Positions 52,602 through 59,784 of a stretch of DNA of 59,784 bases are shown here, piece by piece; the stretch's first letter is position 1; each line of letters begins with the position of its first letter. Position numbers and translations under genes: made by a program. The notes under the pieces were generated by a model that ran no database searches, was not told the DNA's origin, and saw nothing but the letters and a program-made list of their open reading frames with translations. This DNA comes from Candidatus Tayloriibacteriota bacterium (lineage in GTDB: Bacteria > Patescibacteriota > Minisyncoccia > Phycocordibacterales > PALSA-1337), in contig JAQBRD010000016.1 of the NCBI GenBank assembly GCA_028286665.1, forward strand, positions 1 to 59,784, given 5' to 3'.

Positions 52602-53432
52602 CTATTTCTTGAAGAGTCCGGCGAAAGCCTCAGGCTTCATGTCGTAGTTGAAACCCTGTGCCTTTTCCTGGAGTCGGCCGTGCGCATCTTTGTCGTACTT
52701 CGGAGTGTCTTTCAGCTGCACGAAGCAGACGGACGAATAGCGACCTTTCTGCGCAGTTTCTGGCGTAGCGACGACTCGGTGACAAGTCGCTTTCAATTCG
52801 CTGCCTGAACGGAGCTGCATCTGCATCGACGGAATAATGAGCGTCTCGCCTGCGGTGATCGGCAGATTGATCCACTTTTTTCCTGGCGTAAGAATCTGGA
52901 ATCCGGGAGCATCCTCGAAAAGGTGCAGCGTGAATCCGCTCTGATCGACATGGGCTGAAGCCGTCTCATCGCCGACTTCTCGGTTATCGAAATAATGGAT
53001 GAATCGTACAAAGAACGCCTTGTCGCTCGCTGAAACCTCTTCAGCAAAACCTCTGAGTGAGAACGCCGACTCCGACTGTTCGGCGAAATCGACGACTGTC
53101 GGCTTGATGAGGCTGACAAGCGCGATCGCCTTTTCGAGGAAATCGAGCACGACCGGATTCGATATCACTTTCGAATTTGCAGCAAGCCAGTTCTTGGCTT
53201 CGACGGTCACATCGAAATTCTCTTTCCGGTCGCCCTTATTGCCAGAACCGTCCTTGATTTCGTAGCCGACGCCGGCTCCGCCATTGCTGTATGGCAGGCC
53301 TTTCTTCACTTCGACCGGAAGTGCGCAGAATTTCTTCCAAGACTTCTCCGTTTCCTCGACTGCTTTTCGCAATGCGGCAGGATATGCGAGCATGAAATGA
53401 CCGTTGTTTTTTAGATCTAGAATCGTATTCAT
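52602..53432 (-). CDS. 2-oxoglutarate/Fe(II)-dependent oxygenase superfamily protein
   Basis: HxD...H facial triad candidates AHVDQSGFTLH and ATCHRVV, with isopenicillin-N-synthase-like layout. Confidence 0.75.
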   Translation of the reverse strand: MNTILDLKNNGHFMLAYPAALRKAVEETEKSWKKFCALPVEVKKGLPYSNGGAGVGYEIKDGSGNKGDRKENFDVTVEAKNWLAANSKVISNPVVLDFLEKAIALVSLIKPTVVDFAEQSESAFSLRGFAEEVSASDKAFFVRFIHYFDNREVGDETASAHVDQSGFTLHLFEDAPGFQILTPGKKWINLPITAGETLIIPSMQMQLRSGSELKATCHRVVATPETAQKGRYSSVCFVQLKDTPKYDKDAHGRLQEKAQGFNYDMKPEAFAGLFKK

Positions 53433-53520
53433 ATCAATGATTGGGTTAAGGTTAATTGCGACTTCAGGCTACATGCTATCTCGTGTATAAATATTGAATA
53501 GTGAGGACGCCCTCGGCAAA

Positions 53521-54291
53521 CTAACTGTCGCTCTGCACGTTCTCTTCGTAGAAGAATGGCAGCTTTTTGATCTTGCCTGCTTTGATCGCGACGAGGACAT
53601 CGCGGATCTTCACTAGCGAATCGAACTCGGCTGATTCATTCTGAATGGCCTGATCGATGCCGACCCAGACATTCCTGCCGAATTTCGATTCAGAAATGAG
53701 CTCGCCGGAAAATGTTTCAGCATATGAGATCGGAAACATGACGTCTGAAAAAAGCTCATGATTCACATACATCATGCGTCGCTGGAAGCCGAGCAGCCGG
53801 AAATCATAGGAAACGAGGCCGGTTTCATCCTCGAGCTTGCGGGCTGCTGCGGCAAGTATTTCCTCGCCCTTGCGGACGACGCCGCCAGGCACGCCGATCT
53901 TGCCGTATGAGGGATGCACGCCGCGGATCTGATTGAGAATCTGGGTGCGGCCGCCTTTCCTGACTGGCTCGCCTCGATCATTGATTCTGCGAGAAACGAT
54001 CGTGATGACATTGATTTTGAAGAGACTCGCATTCTTTTCCTCTTCTTTGTTGAGCGGATATGCGTCGGCGACATGCTTCACGCCGATTTCTGTGAGCTGG
54101 TATCCATCACGTGAGGTTGCCTTTGCCCCTCCTACTTTTCTGATGAAGCTTTTCTTTACGAGGAATTGCAAATGATAATTGAACAGGTCGTTCGGGACGG
54201 CTTTCGGCTTCATTTCGCTGTAGCGAAGAGACTTCGCGTTCTTGAGCTGCGTGAGGATCTGGTTCTGGATTGGCGAAAACGAGATTGGCAT
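53521..54291 (-). CDS. winged-HTH / Nudix fusion protein with slightly degenerate Nudix box
   Basis: N-terminal wHTH (ILTQLKNAKSLRYSEMKP...LFNYHLQFLVKKSFIRK). Nudix box GVVRKGEEILAAAARKLEDETGL, where REUxEE reads RKLEDE. ATG 54291 is chosen (the ORF opens at 54420). Confidence 0.75.
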   Translation of the reverse strand: MPISFSPIQNQILTQLKNAKSLRYSEMKPKAVPNDLFNYHLQFLVKKSFIRKVGGAKATSRDGYQLTEIGVKHVADAYPLNKEEEKNASLFKINVITIVSRRINDRGEPVRKGGRTQILNQIRGVHPSYGKIGVPGGVVRKGEEILAAAARKLEDETGLVSYDFRLLGFQRRMMYVNHELFSDVMFPISYAETFSGELISESKFGRNVWVGIDQAIQNESAEFDSLVKIRDVLVAIKAGKIKKLPFFYEENVQSDS

Positions 54292-54319
54292 GAGGTATTT
54301 ATAGCTTTTCCACAAGGAA

Positions 54320-56017
54320 ATGCAACCATTCGGCGGTATACTATACGGCATGACCACCCAATCTATCGAAGCGACGCGGAAGTTTTTCGACACGATGAAA
54401 TCGACATTCAAGGGAGACATCGATTATGCCGACAAGACGCTTGATTTCTATTCGCATGATGCGAGCCTTTTCGAAGTCCGACCGCAGATCGTCGTCTACC
54501 CGAAAGACTCTGCAGACGTGTGCGCGCTCGTGAAGTGGGTGAATGAGAATCGCGCTATCCATCCAGGACTCTCCATCACCGCCCGCTCGGGCGGAACCGA
54601 CATGACCGGCGGCTCGATCAACACGTCGATCATCATGGATTTCACCCGCTCCATGAATGCGATCGGAGAGATCACGGATGAAACAGGAACCGTCCAGCCA
54701 GGCTGCTTCTATCGGAATTTCGAGGCTGCGACGATGAAGCGCAAGCGATATATGCCGACATACCCTGCTTCGCGAGAGATCTGCGCGGTCGGCGGCATGG
54801 TCGCGAATAATTCCGGCGGCGAGAAAAGCATCAAATTCGGAAAGACCGCCGACCATATCCGCGCTTTGAAGGTCGTCTTCAATGACGGCAAGGAATATTC
54901 AGTCACGAAGATGACAGTCGCTGAACTGAAAGCAAAAGCATCCTCAGGCAGCTACGAAGGCGGCCTCTACCAGAAACTCTGGGATCTCGTTCAGAAAAAT
55001 TATGATGCGATCAAGGCTGCAAAGCCTGATGTCTCAAAGAACTCCTCCGGTTACTACCTCTGGGACGTGTACGACAAATCATCGGACAGTTTCGACCTCT
55101 GCCGCCTCATCGTCGGCTCGCAAGGAACGCTCGGCATCATCACCGAGATCACCTTCGAGCTCGTGCCGGTCATGCCGCATTCGAATATGCTTGTGGCTTT
55201 CCTGCCGGATCTGTCGAAGCTCAGCCTCATGATCAACGAGATCCTTCCCTTCGGCCCGGACAGCCTCGAATCATATGATGACTACAGCATGGTCCTCGCC
55301 TTCAAATTCTTCTTCGATTTCTTCAAGGAACTGGGATTTGTCGGCGCGATCAAGCTCGGCCTCCGTTTCATTCCCGATATGTGGACGGTGATCGCGAGCG
55401 GCCGCATCCCGAAGCTCATCCTCATGGCGGAATTCACCGGCGAATCAGAGACCGAGATCAAAGCGAAGCTCGTCGCGCTCAATGCGCAGCTGAAGCATTT
55501 CAAATACAAGACGCACATCACCAGCTCGTCCGAAGAAGCTGAGAAATACTGGCGCGTCCGCCGAGAGAGCTTCAATCTCCTCAGGAAGCACGTGCACAAC
55601 AAACGAACGGCGCCGTTCATCGACGATATCATCGTCAAGCCTGAATATCTGCCGGAATTCCTTCCTCGCGTGACGAAGCTCATCGATTCATACCACCTCG
55701 AATACACCATTGCAGGACATCCGGGCAATGGAAACTTCCATATTATCCCGCTCATGGATCTCCATTCGGCATATTCTGCTCAGACCATCCTCGAGCTCTC
55801 GAAGAAAGTCTATGACCTCGTCCACGAATACAAAGGCTCGATCAGCGCCGAGCACAATGATGGAATCATCCGCACGCCGTATCTCCTGCAGATGTTCGGC
55901 CAGGAAATGGTGGATGTCTTCCGAGAGACGAAAGAGATATTCGACCCGAATCATATCTTCAATCCGGGCAAGAAAGTCGGCGGCACATTCGAGGATATCC
56001 GTCTCGCGATAAAATAA
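54320..56017 (+). CDS. FAD-linked oxidase (GlcD / D-lactate-dehydrogenase-like)
   Basis: FAD_binding_4-like ITARSGGTDMTGGS and a C-terminal oxidase domain with GSISAEHNDGIIR. An alternative start is ATG 54350. Confidence 0.9.
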   Translation: MQPFGGILYGMTTQSIEATRKFFDTMKSTFKGDIDYADKTLDFYSHDASLFEVRPQIVVYPKDSADVCALVKWVNENRAIHPGLSITARSGGTDMTGGSINTSIIMDFTRSMNAIGEITDETGTVQPGCFYRNFEAATMKRKRYMPTYPASREICAVGGMVANNSGGEKSIKFGKTADHIRALKVVFNDGKEYSVTKMTVAELKAKASSGSYEGGLYQKLWDLVQKNYDAIKAAKPDVSKNSSGYYLWDVYDKSSDSFDLCRLIVGSQGTLGIITEITFELVPVMPHSNMLVAFLPDLSKLSLMINEILPFGPDSLESYDDYSMVLAFKFFFDFFKELGFVGAIKLGLRFIPDMWTVIASGRIPKLILMAEFTGESETEIKAKLVALNAQLKHFKYKTHITSSSEEAEKYWRVRRESFNLLRKHVHNKRTAPFIDDIIVKPEYLPEFLPRVTKLIDSYHLEYTIAGHPGNGNFHIIPLMDLHSAYSAQTILELSKKVYDLVHEYKGSISAEHNDGIIRTPYLLQMFGQEMVDVFRETKEIFDPNHIFNPGKKVGGTFEDIRLAIK

Positions 56018-56022
56018 TATAT

Positions 56023-57084
56023 ATGAAACAAACCTACCTGAACAAATACATTCTCGGCACAGCCTTGCTCTCTGTTTCGGCGCTATTCCCCACCGCCGCA
56101 TCGGCCTATCTGGTCACAAGCGCCCCAGATGTCGGAAACTGCATAGAACTGAAAATCGATCTGAGCGTCGGATCAGATGACGGCGCAAAGAAAGGCGAGG
56201 TCACGCAGATCCAGCAGTTCCTCAAGTCGAAAAAGCTGCTGACGTCCGAGCCGAACGGATATTTCGGCCCGGCGACCAAAGCGGCTGTGAAGAAATTTCA
56301 GACGGCCAACAAGCTTGCGGCTTCTGGAAATGTCGGGCCGCTGACGAGAACGCTGATTCGGAAGATGACCTGCCAAACTCCAGTCGCTGCCGCCGCTCCC
56401 ACCCCAGTCAGCAGCACGAATGCTTCTGATGCGACGCCGATAGCGAGCACCTCACTGCCATCTCCTGCGCCTTCTCAAGCAACGGCAACGACCGTGTCAT
56501 CCCCGAGTGCTGGCGAAATCATCACCGCAGGCCAGATGCTCAATATCCGATGGAAATCCAAGAAAGGAATCGGCTATGACGTCATTCTCGAGGATTCGAA
56601 AGGCGCGACCCAAGGATATATCGTTTCAAGCCGCTACGAGCTCGATATTTTCGCTTGGAAAACCGGCCAGCTCATGAAAACGGAGGGTTCGAATAGCGAA
56701 TTCGTGCCTCCTGGCGACTATCGAATCCGCATCGTCGATGCGAGAAGGAGCGCGGCCGTAACTGACCAAGTCAGCGGCGTATTCACCATCAAGGAAAAGC
56801 CGCTCAATCTCATCAGCATTCTGCCGGCGACTGCGGCTGAGAATTCGCATGCTGACATAGCTCTCTTCGGCAGCGGCTTCAGCAGCCTCACGATGGTGAG
56901 ATTCGACGGCGAAAGCAGCCGTACCGTTTTCCCGACTACGGTTTCGAAAGACGGCAAGATCATGATCTTCACCTTTCCTGAGAGCATCGCAGTCGGCCAG
57001 CATAGCGTGGATTTATATAACAACTACGCGAATGCATCGTCTACGCCAAGCAATAGCAAGGACTTCGTAGTTACCGCCCAATAG
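56023..57084 (+). CDS. secreted protein with peptidoglycan-binding domain and Ig/IPT-like repeats
   Basis: Signal peptide. PG_binding_1-like GEVTQIQQFLKSKKLLTSEPNGYFGPATKAAVKKFQ. Ala/Pro/Ser/Thr linker. Beta-rich C-terminus. Confidence 0.75.
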   Translation: MKQTYLNKYILGTALLSVSALFPTAASAYLVTSAPDVGNCIELKIDLSVGSDDGAKKGEVTQIQQFLKSKKLLTSEPNGYFGPATKAAVKKFQTANKLAASGNVGPLTRTLIRKMTCQTPVAAAAPTPVSSTNASDATPIASTSLPSPAPSQATATTVSSPSAGEIITAGQMLNIRWKSKKGIGYDVILEDSKGATQGYIVSSRYELDIFAWKTGQLMKTEGSNSEFVPPGDYRIRIVDARRSAAVTDQVSGVFTIKEKPLNLISILPATAAENSHADIALFGSGFSSLTMVRFDGESSRTVFPTTVSKDGKIMIFTFPESIAVGQHSVDLYNNYANASSTPSNSKDFVVTAQ

Positions 57085-57092
57085 AGAATAAG

Positions 57093-57121
57093 AAAAGCGC
57101 CCGCATCGCGGGCGCTTTTCT
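57093..57121 (+). terminator. rho-independent terminator
   Basis: aAAGCGCCCGCatcGCGGGCGCTTttc: 10-bp stem. Confidence 0.8.
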
Positions 57122-57133
57122 GAGCGAACTGTA

Positions 57134-57313
57134 TTATACGCATCTGTAAGACATGCGGACTCCGATGCCTCGGTATTCGAGCAGGATGCAGCGGACGCAC
57201 ATCGTCTGGCTTTTCCGAGTCTTGATGTAGCGGTTGCCGCAATCGCAATCGATGACCTTGCATCTCGAGAAGAGATACTCTGCAGACCAGCGTTTTTTCA
57301 TTGGATTATTCAT
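57134..57313 (-). CDS. possible 59-aa Cys-rich (zinc-ribbon-like) protein
   Basis: MNNPMKKRWSAEYLFSRCKVIDCDCGNRYIKTRKSQTMCVRCILLEYRGIGVRMSYRCV*. One residue below the ORF-track cutoff. Its start is 1 nt after the stop of the upstream micro-ORF. Confidence 0.4.
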   Translation of the reverse strand: MNNPMKKRWSAEYLFSRCKVIDCDCGNRYIKTRKSQTMCVRCILLEYRGIGVRMSYRCV

Positions 57314-57314
57314 G

Positions 57315-57404
57315 TTATTTGGTGAAGATGAGACCGGCGGCGAAGAATAACATTCCGCAGAGCGCTACAGGGATCAGCATGCTTGTCCAGATGAGGGTTT
57401 TCAT
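57315..57404 (-). CDS. possible 29-aa single-TM micro-protein
   Basis: MKTLIWTSMLIPVALCGMLFFAAGLIFTK*. It lies between the 186-aa gene and the 59-aa ORF on the same strand. Confidence 0.3.
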   Translation of the reverse strand: MKTLIWTSMLIPVALCGMLFFAAGLIFTK

Positions 57405-57416
57405 GATAGTTGCTGA

Positions 57417-57977
57417 TTAGCGGACGTATGTCACCTGTCGGTATTTGATAAAGCCATATACTGCCGAAGCGGCGATGAGGGCGAGGATCGCTGCGAGCCA
57501 GAACCAGAAGCTGCTTGCTCCCGCGATCAGAGCGTCAGAAACCGATGCGAGCTGGCTCGCAGAAGCCGCATCGTCGGTGCTTGTCGCCGTAGCTGCAAGC
57601 GCTTCATTCGTTCCGAACGATGCGAGCGATACGTCTGATGCTCCCGAGTTCGATCCGGCACCGGCGCTAGAAGCGTCTGCTGCTGAGAAGTCCTGAGAAC
57701 CTCCCATTCCATTCGATTCAGCAGTGCCGCCCGATGATGCTCCAGCACCTGAGCCGATCGCTTGGCTCATGCCGCCTGAATGGTAGCCGCCCGTGCTTCC
57801 GCCTCCCGAACTGACCGTCGCCGGCGGGGTTCCTTGCGCCGCGGACTGTCCTGACGGGTTATTCGACGAGCCATTGTTAGACGACAGCGTTCCGGTGACT
57901 TCAGAAGCGTGAGCGAATGAAGCGCTGAGGAAGACGATTGCGATAAGGGTGCCGATGCCTGCGGTGAAGATTTTCAT
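57417..57977 (-). CDS. secreted low-complexity Gly/Ser/Ala-rich protein with C-terminal TM anchor
   Basis: Signal peptide (LIAIVFLSASFAHA), a long G/S/A/N-rich region, and a C-terminal helix FWFWLAAILALIAASAVYGFI followed by KYRQ. Confidence 0.6.
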   Translation of the reverse strand: MKIFTAGIGTLIAIVFLSASFAHASEVTGTLSSNNGSSNNPSGQSAAQGTPPATVSSGGGSTGGYHSGGMSQAIGSGAGASSGGTAESNGMGGSQDFSAADASSAGAGSNSGASDVSLASFGTNEALAATATSTDDAASASQLASVSDALIAGASSFWFWLAAILALIAASAVYGFIKYRQVTYVR

Positions 57978-58012
57978 TTTGATTGGTTGCTTTTTATTAT
58001 GCCTTCTATTAA

Positions 58013-58132
58013 TTAATTGAATGCGTGCACATATGAAGCTGAAACATATGCGATGCTCATGAGCGCGATAGCTCCGAATATGAGGCTCATTGAAACCTGC
58101 GAAAGCGTCGTCTTGTTTGTATTCGTATCCAT
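58013..58132 (-). CDS. possible 39-aa single-TM micro-protein
   Basis: MDTNTNKTTLSQVSMSLIFGAIALMSIAYVSASYVHAFN*. No SD. Found by hand translation. Confidence 0.25.
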   Translation of the reverse strand: MDTNTNKTTLSQVSMSLIFGAIALMSIAYVSASYVHAFN

Positions 58133-58201
58133 GGTCTTATGAAAATTAGTTTGATATTTGCTGATAAATGATGCTACTTACTTCCTGCAGATTGGGCTGA
58201 G

Positions 58202-58342
58202 CTAGGGATCGTACAGATCATCCTGATACTGCTCGCGCATCCTGTCGATGATCGTCTTGATGTGTACGCAGCTTTCGCTGAGCTGCTTTTCAGCAAGATC
58301 GAATGTACATTTAATGTAACCGAGCTCTCTCTGAGGTTTCAT
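58202..58342 (-). CDS. possible 46-aa soluble micro-protein
   Basis: MKPQRELGYIKCTFDLAEKQLSESCVHIKTIIDRMREQYQDDLYDP*. Found by hand translation. Confidence 0.25.
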   Translation of the reverse strand: MKPQRELGYIKCTFDLAEKQLSESCVHIKTIIDRMREQYQDDLYDP

Positions 58343-58483
58343 ATAGTGGACGCCGGCATATATGCATATCTATTACAATCTAATTTTAATGTAATAAATA
58401 AAGAGCTGCAACGACTTCCTTGATATGGGTCAAACCCGTTTGCATTATCAGTTCGATTATTTATATATAATTTCTTACAAAAA

Positions 58484-59784
58484 ATGAATCACACAACATT
58501 ATTCACTCGTTACACAGTCCTGAAGAAGATCATGACTATGGCGACGACGAGTGCGATGATCATCGTCGGACTTGCACCAGCAATAACTCCGATGCTTGCG
58601 CACGCAGAAGGTCCAGCTCCGGTAATCTCATCGGTTACCGCTGACCCGGCGAGCGGTACCGTGCATGTCGGAGAAGAATTCGATGCATATTTCATAGAAG
58701 CAAGCGGAGCGAACGATCTCGTCATCGACGGATCGTGCACCGTCAACAACAAGGACGTCGCATCGACGCTCCAAAGTCTCACGGACGGACGATATAAGGT
58801 GAATTATTTTGTTGCAGCGGGCGATGAGCCTCGGACTGCCGGAAGCATTCCGATCTCATGTTCATTCAAGAACACGGACGGAGCGACAGTTTCAGCTGCA
58901 TCTTTTACAGATGGAAACACTACGGCTATCGATAGCGCGGTAGTCGACGGCACAGGTACAGATACTGGTACCGGCGACACGGGAACAACCACCGACACTA
59001 CGGGCGGTACGGGAACAACAACAGATACCACCGCAACGACTACGGATACGACTGGCGGCACTAACGCCACATCCACAGACACTACCACTACTACGGGCGG
59101 CGGCAATGGCACCGGAACTGTCCTGTATAGCGAAGATTTTGAGGGCGCAAATACGCCAGACCTCCCTGCTGGCTGGACTATCGGCGGCAATACTCCGAAC
59201 TGGGGTACGTACGATACCGGCGACGGAGCCTTCGGAAAGGTACTCTATTCGGACTACCAGAACTATCCATACCTCCCGAATGCAGACACAACCGCGACTT
59301 CCCCGACGATCGATTTGAACGGACAGACAGCTGCGGCACTCGGCCTCACGGCTCGCTGCGACTCTGAATATACGAATCCGACTTCGAACTCTGACTATAT
59401 AGCTCTCGAAACAAGCTCGGATGGCGTGAACTTCCACGAGCTCACTCGATGGAACGAATTCAGCATGGATACTGATACTGAATCAGACGGTTCCTCGATC
59501 AAAACTTTCAGCGGCATCGCTATTCCAGCCCAGGATCTCACGTCCAATTTCAAATTCCGACTTCATTGGATAACGAATGCGGATGACGGCGGATACGACG
59601 GCTGCATGGTTGATCAGATCAAGATCACTAACGGCTCGGATACGAATGTCGGCGGCGCTGACACCACTGCCCCCGTCATCACAGGCCTTCCGGAGCATTC
59701 GGTCTCTACCGCCACCCCGTTCGAATGGTTCTGGAGCGCGAACGAATCGGCCCAGTTCCGATCGCTCGTCGACGCTGACCCTAA
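58484..59784 (+). CDS. large secreted surface protein, 5' part (runs off the window)
   Basis: Open frame from ATG 58484 to the window end, so it is absent from the ORF track. Signal peptide (...APAITPMLAHA/EGP), an Ig-like segment, a Thr/Gly/Asp-rich linker, then a MAM / choice-of-anchor-J-like module (LYSEDFEGANTPDLPAGWTIGG...SPTIDL...ALETSSDGVNFHEL). Confidence 0.75.
   Translation, partial: MNHTTLFTRYTVLKKIMTMATTSAMIIVGLAPAITPMLAHAEGPAPVISSVTADPASGTVHVGEEFDAYFIEASGANDLVIDGSCTVNNKDVASTLQSLTDGRYKVNYFVAAGDEPRTAGSIPISCSFKNTDGATVSAASFTDGNTTAIDSAVVDGTGTDTGTGDTGTTTDTTGGTGTTTDTTATTTDTTGGTNATSTDTTTTTGGGNGTGTVLYSEDFEGANTPDLPAGWTIGGNTPNWGTYDTGDGAFGKVLYSDYQNYPYLPNADTTATSPTIDLNGQTAAALGLTARCDSEYTNPTSNSDYIALETSSDGVNFHELTRWNEFSMDTDTESDGSSIKTFSGIAIPAQDLTSNFKFRLHWITNADDGGYDGCMVDQIKITNGSDTNVGGADTTAPVITGLPEHSVSTATPFEWFWSANESAQFRSLVDADP
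58946..59118 (+). repeat. coding low-complexity Thr/Gly/Asp repeat (ACN-GGN-GAY rich) inside the surface-protein gene
   Basis: Translates to GTGTDTGTGDTGTTTDTTGGTGTTTDTTATTTDTTGGTNATSTDTTTTTGGGNGTG. Confidence 0.5.

Noticed and set aside
57024-57263. 79-aa minus-strand ORF that spans the terminator hairpin at 57093-57121 and extends 61 nt into the 3' end of the 56023..57084 gene.
   Set aside because: It runs through a strong terminator stem-loop and is in a different frame from the better-supported 59-aa Cys-rich ORF (57134-57313). It is probably spurious.
58946-59118. Possible tandem DNA repeat or CRISPR-like array in the ACN/GGN-rich stretch.
   Set aside because: The periodicity is at codon level only, with no conserved repeat/spacer units. 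It translates into a Thr/Gly/Asp linker inside an open reading frame.
58510-59437. Three minus-strand ORFs (58510-58782, 58804-59190, 58892-59437) listed in the track.
   Set aside because: They are antisense shadows of the long plus-strand surface-protein frame that runs off the window. Their translations are Val/Pro/Ser-repeat artefacts of the Thr/Gly/Asp repeat.

Overview
A 59.8-kb chromosomal segment of about 50% GC (by eye), densely packed with roughly 65 protein genes. I recognised no rRNA, tRNA, CRISPR array, transposase or integrase. The gene content suggests an uncultivated small-genome bacterium, possibly Patescibacteria/CPR-like. That is inference only, based on TM-anchored solute-binding proteins, a split transketolase, GH130 phosphorylases, many TrmB-type HTH proteins and several genes without an SD.

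Housekeeping genes:
- rpmA, rplI, rplU
- cysS, leuS, valS
- dnaB, recR, rmuC
- an S41 protease and a CorA-like transporter
- gap, rpiB, an rpe-like gene and the split tkt

Main observations:
1. The 1132-aa LeuRS carries two inserted domains, each with a letter-perfect Nudix box, bracketing the CP1 editing domain.
2. In a 15-kb Liv-type ABC locus, one translocator (livH, livM, livG, livF) is interleaved with seven TM-anchored solute-binding-protein paralogues and four TrmB-like HTH genes. All four TrmB genes are divergently paired with a binding protein.
3. A roughly 3.8-kb, partly AT-rich accessory island holds a SET-domain protein, an AdoMet decarboxylase, a class-I methyltransferase and two paralogous Cys-rich proteins of unknown function.
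4. A roughly 0.5-kb ORF-poor locus upstream of valS has its own promoter-like element and a strong intrinsic terminator. I treat it as a candidate structured ncRNA of unassigned class.
5. Two tandem multi-module GH130 genes sit next to PMI-cupin and PMM-type HAD genes, close to the pentose-phosphate and gap genes.

All family assignments come from motifs read by eye. No database search was run.
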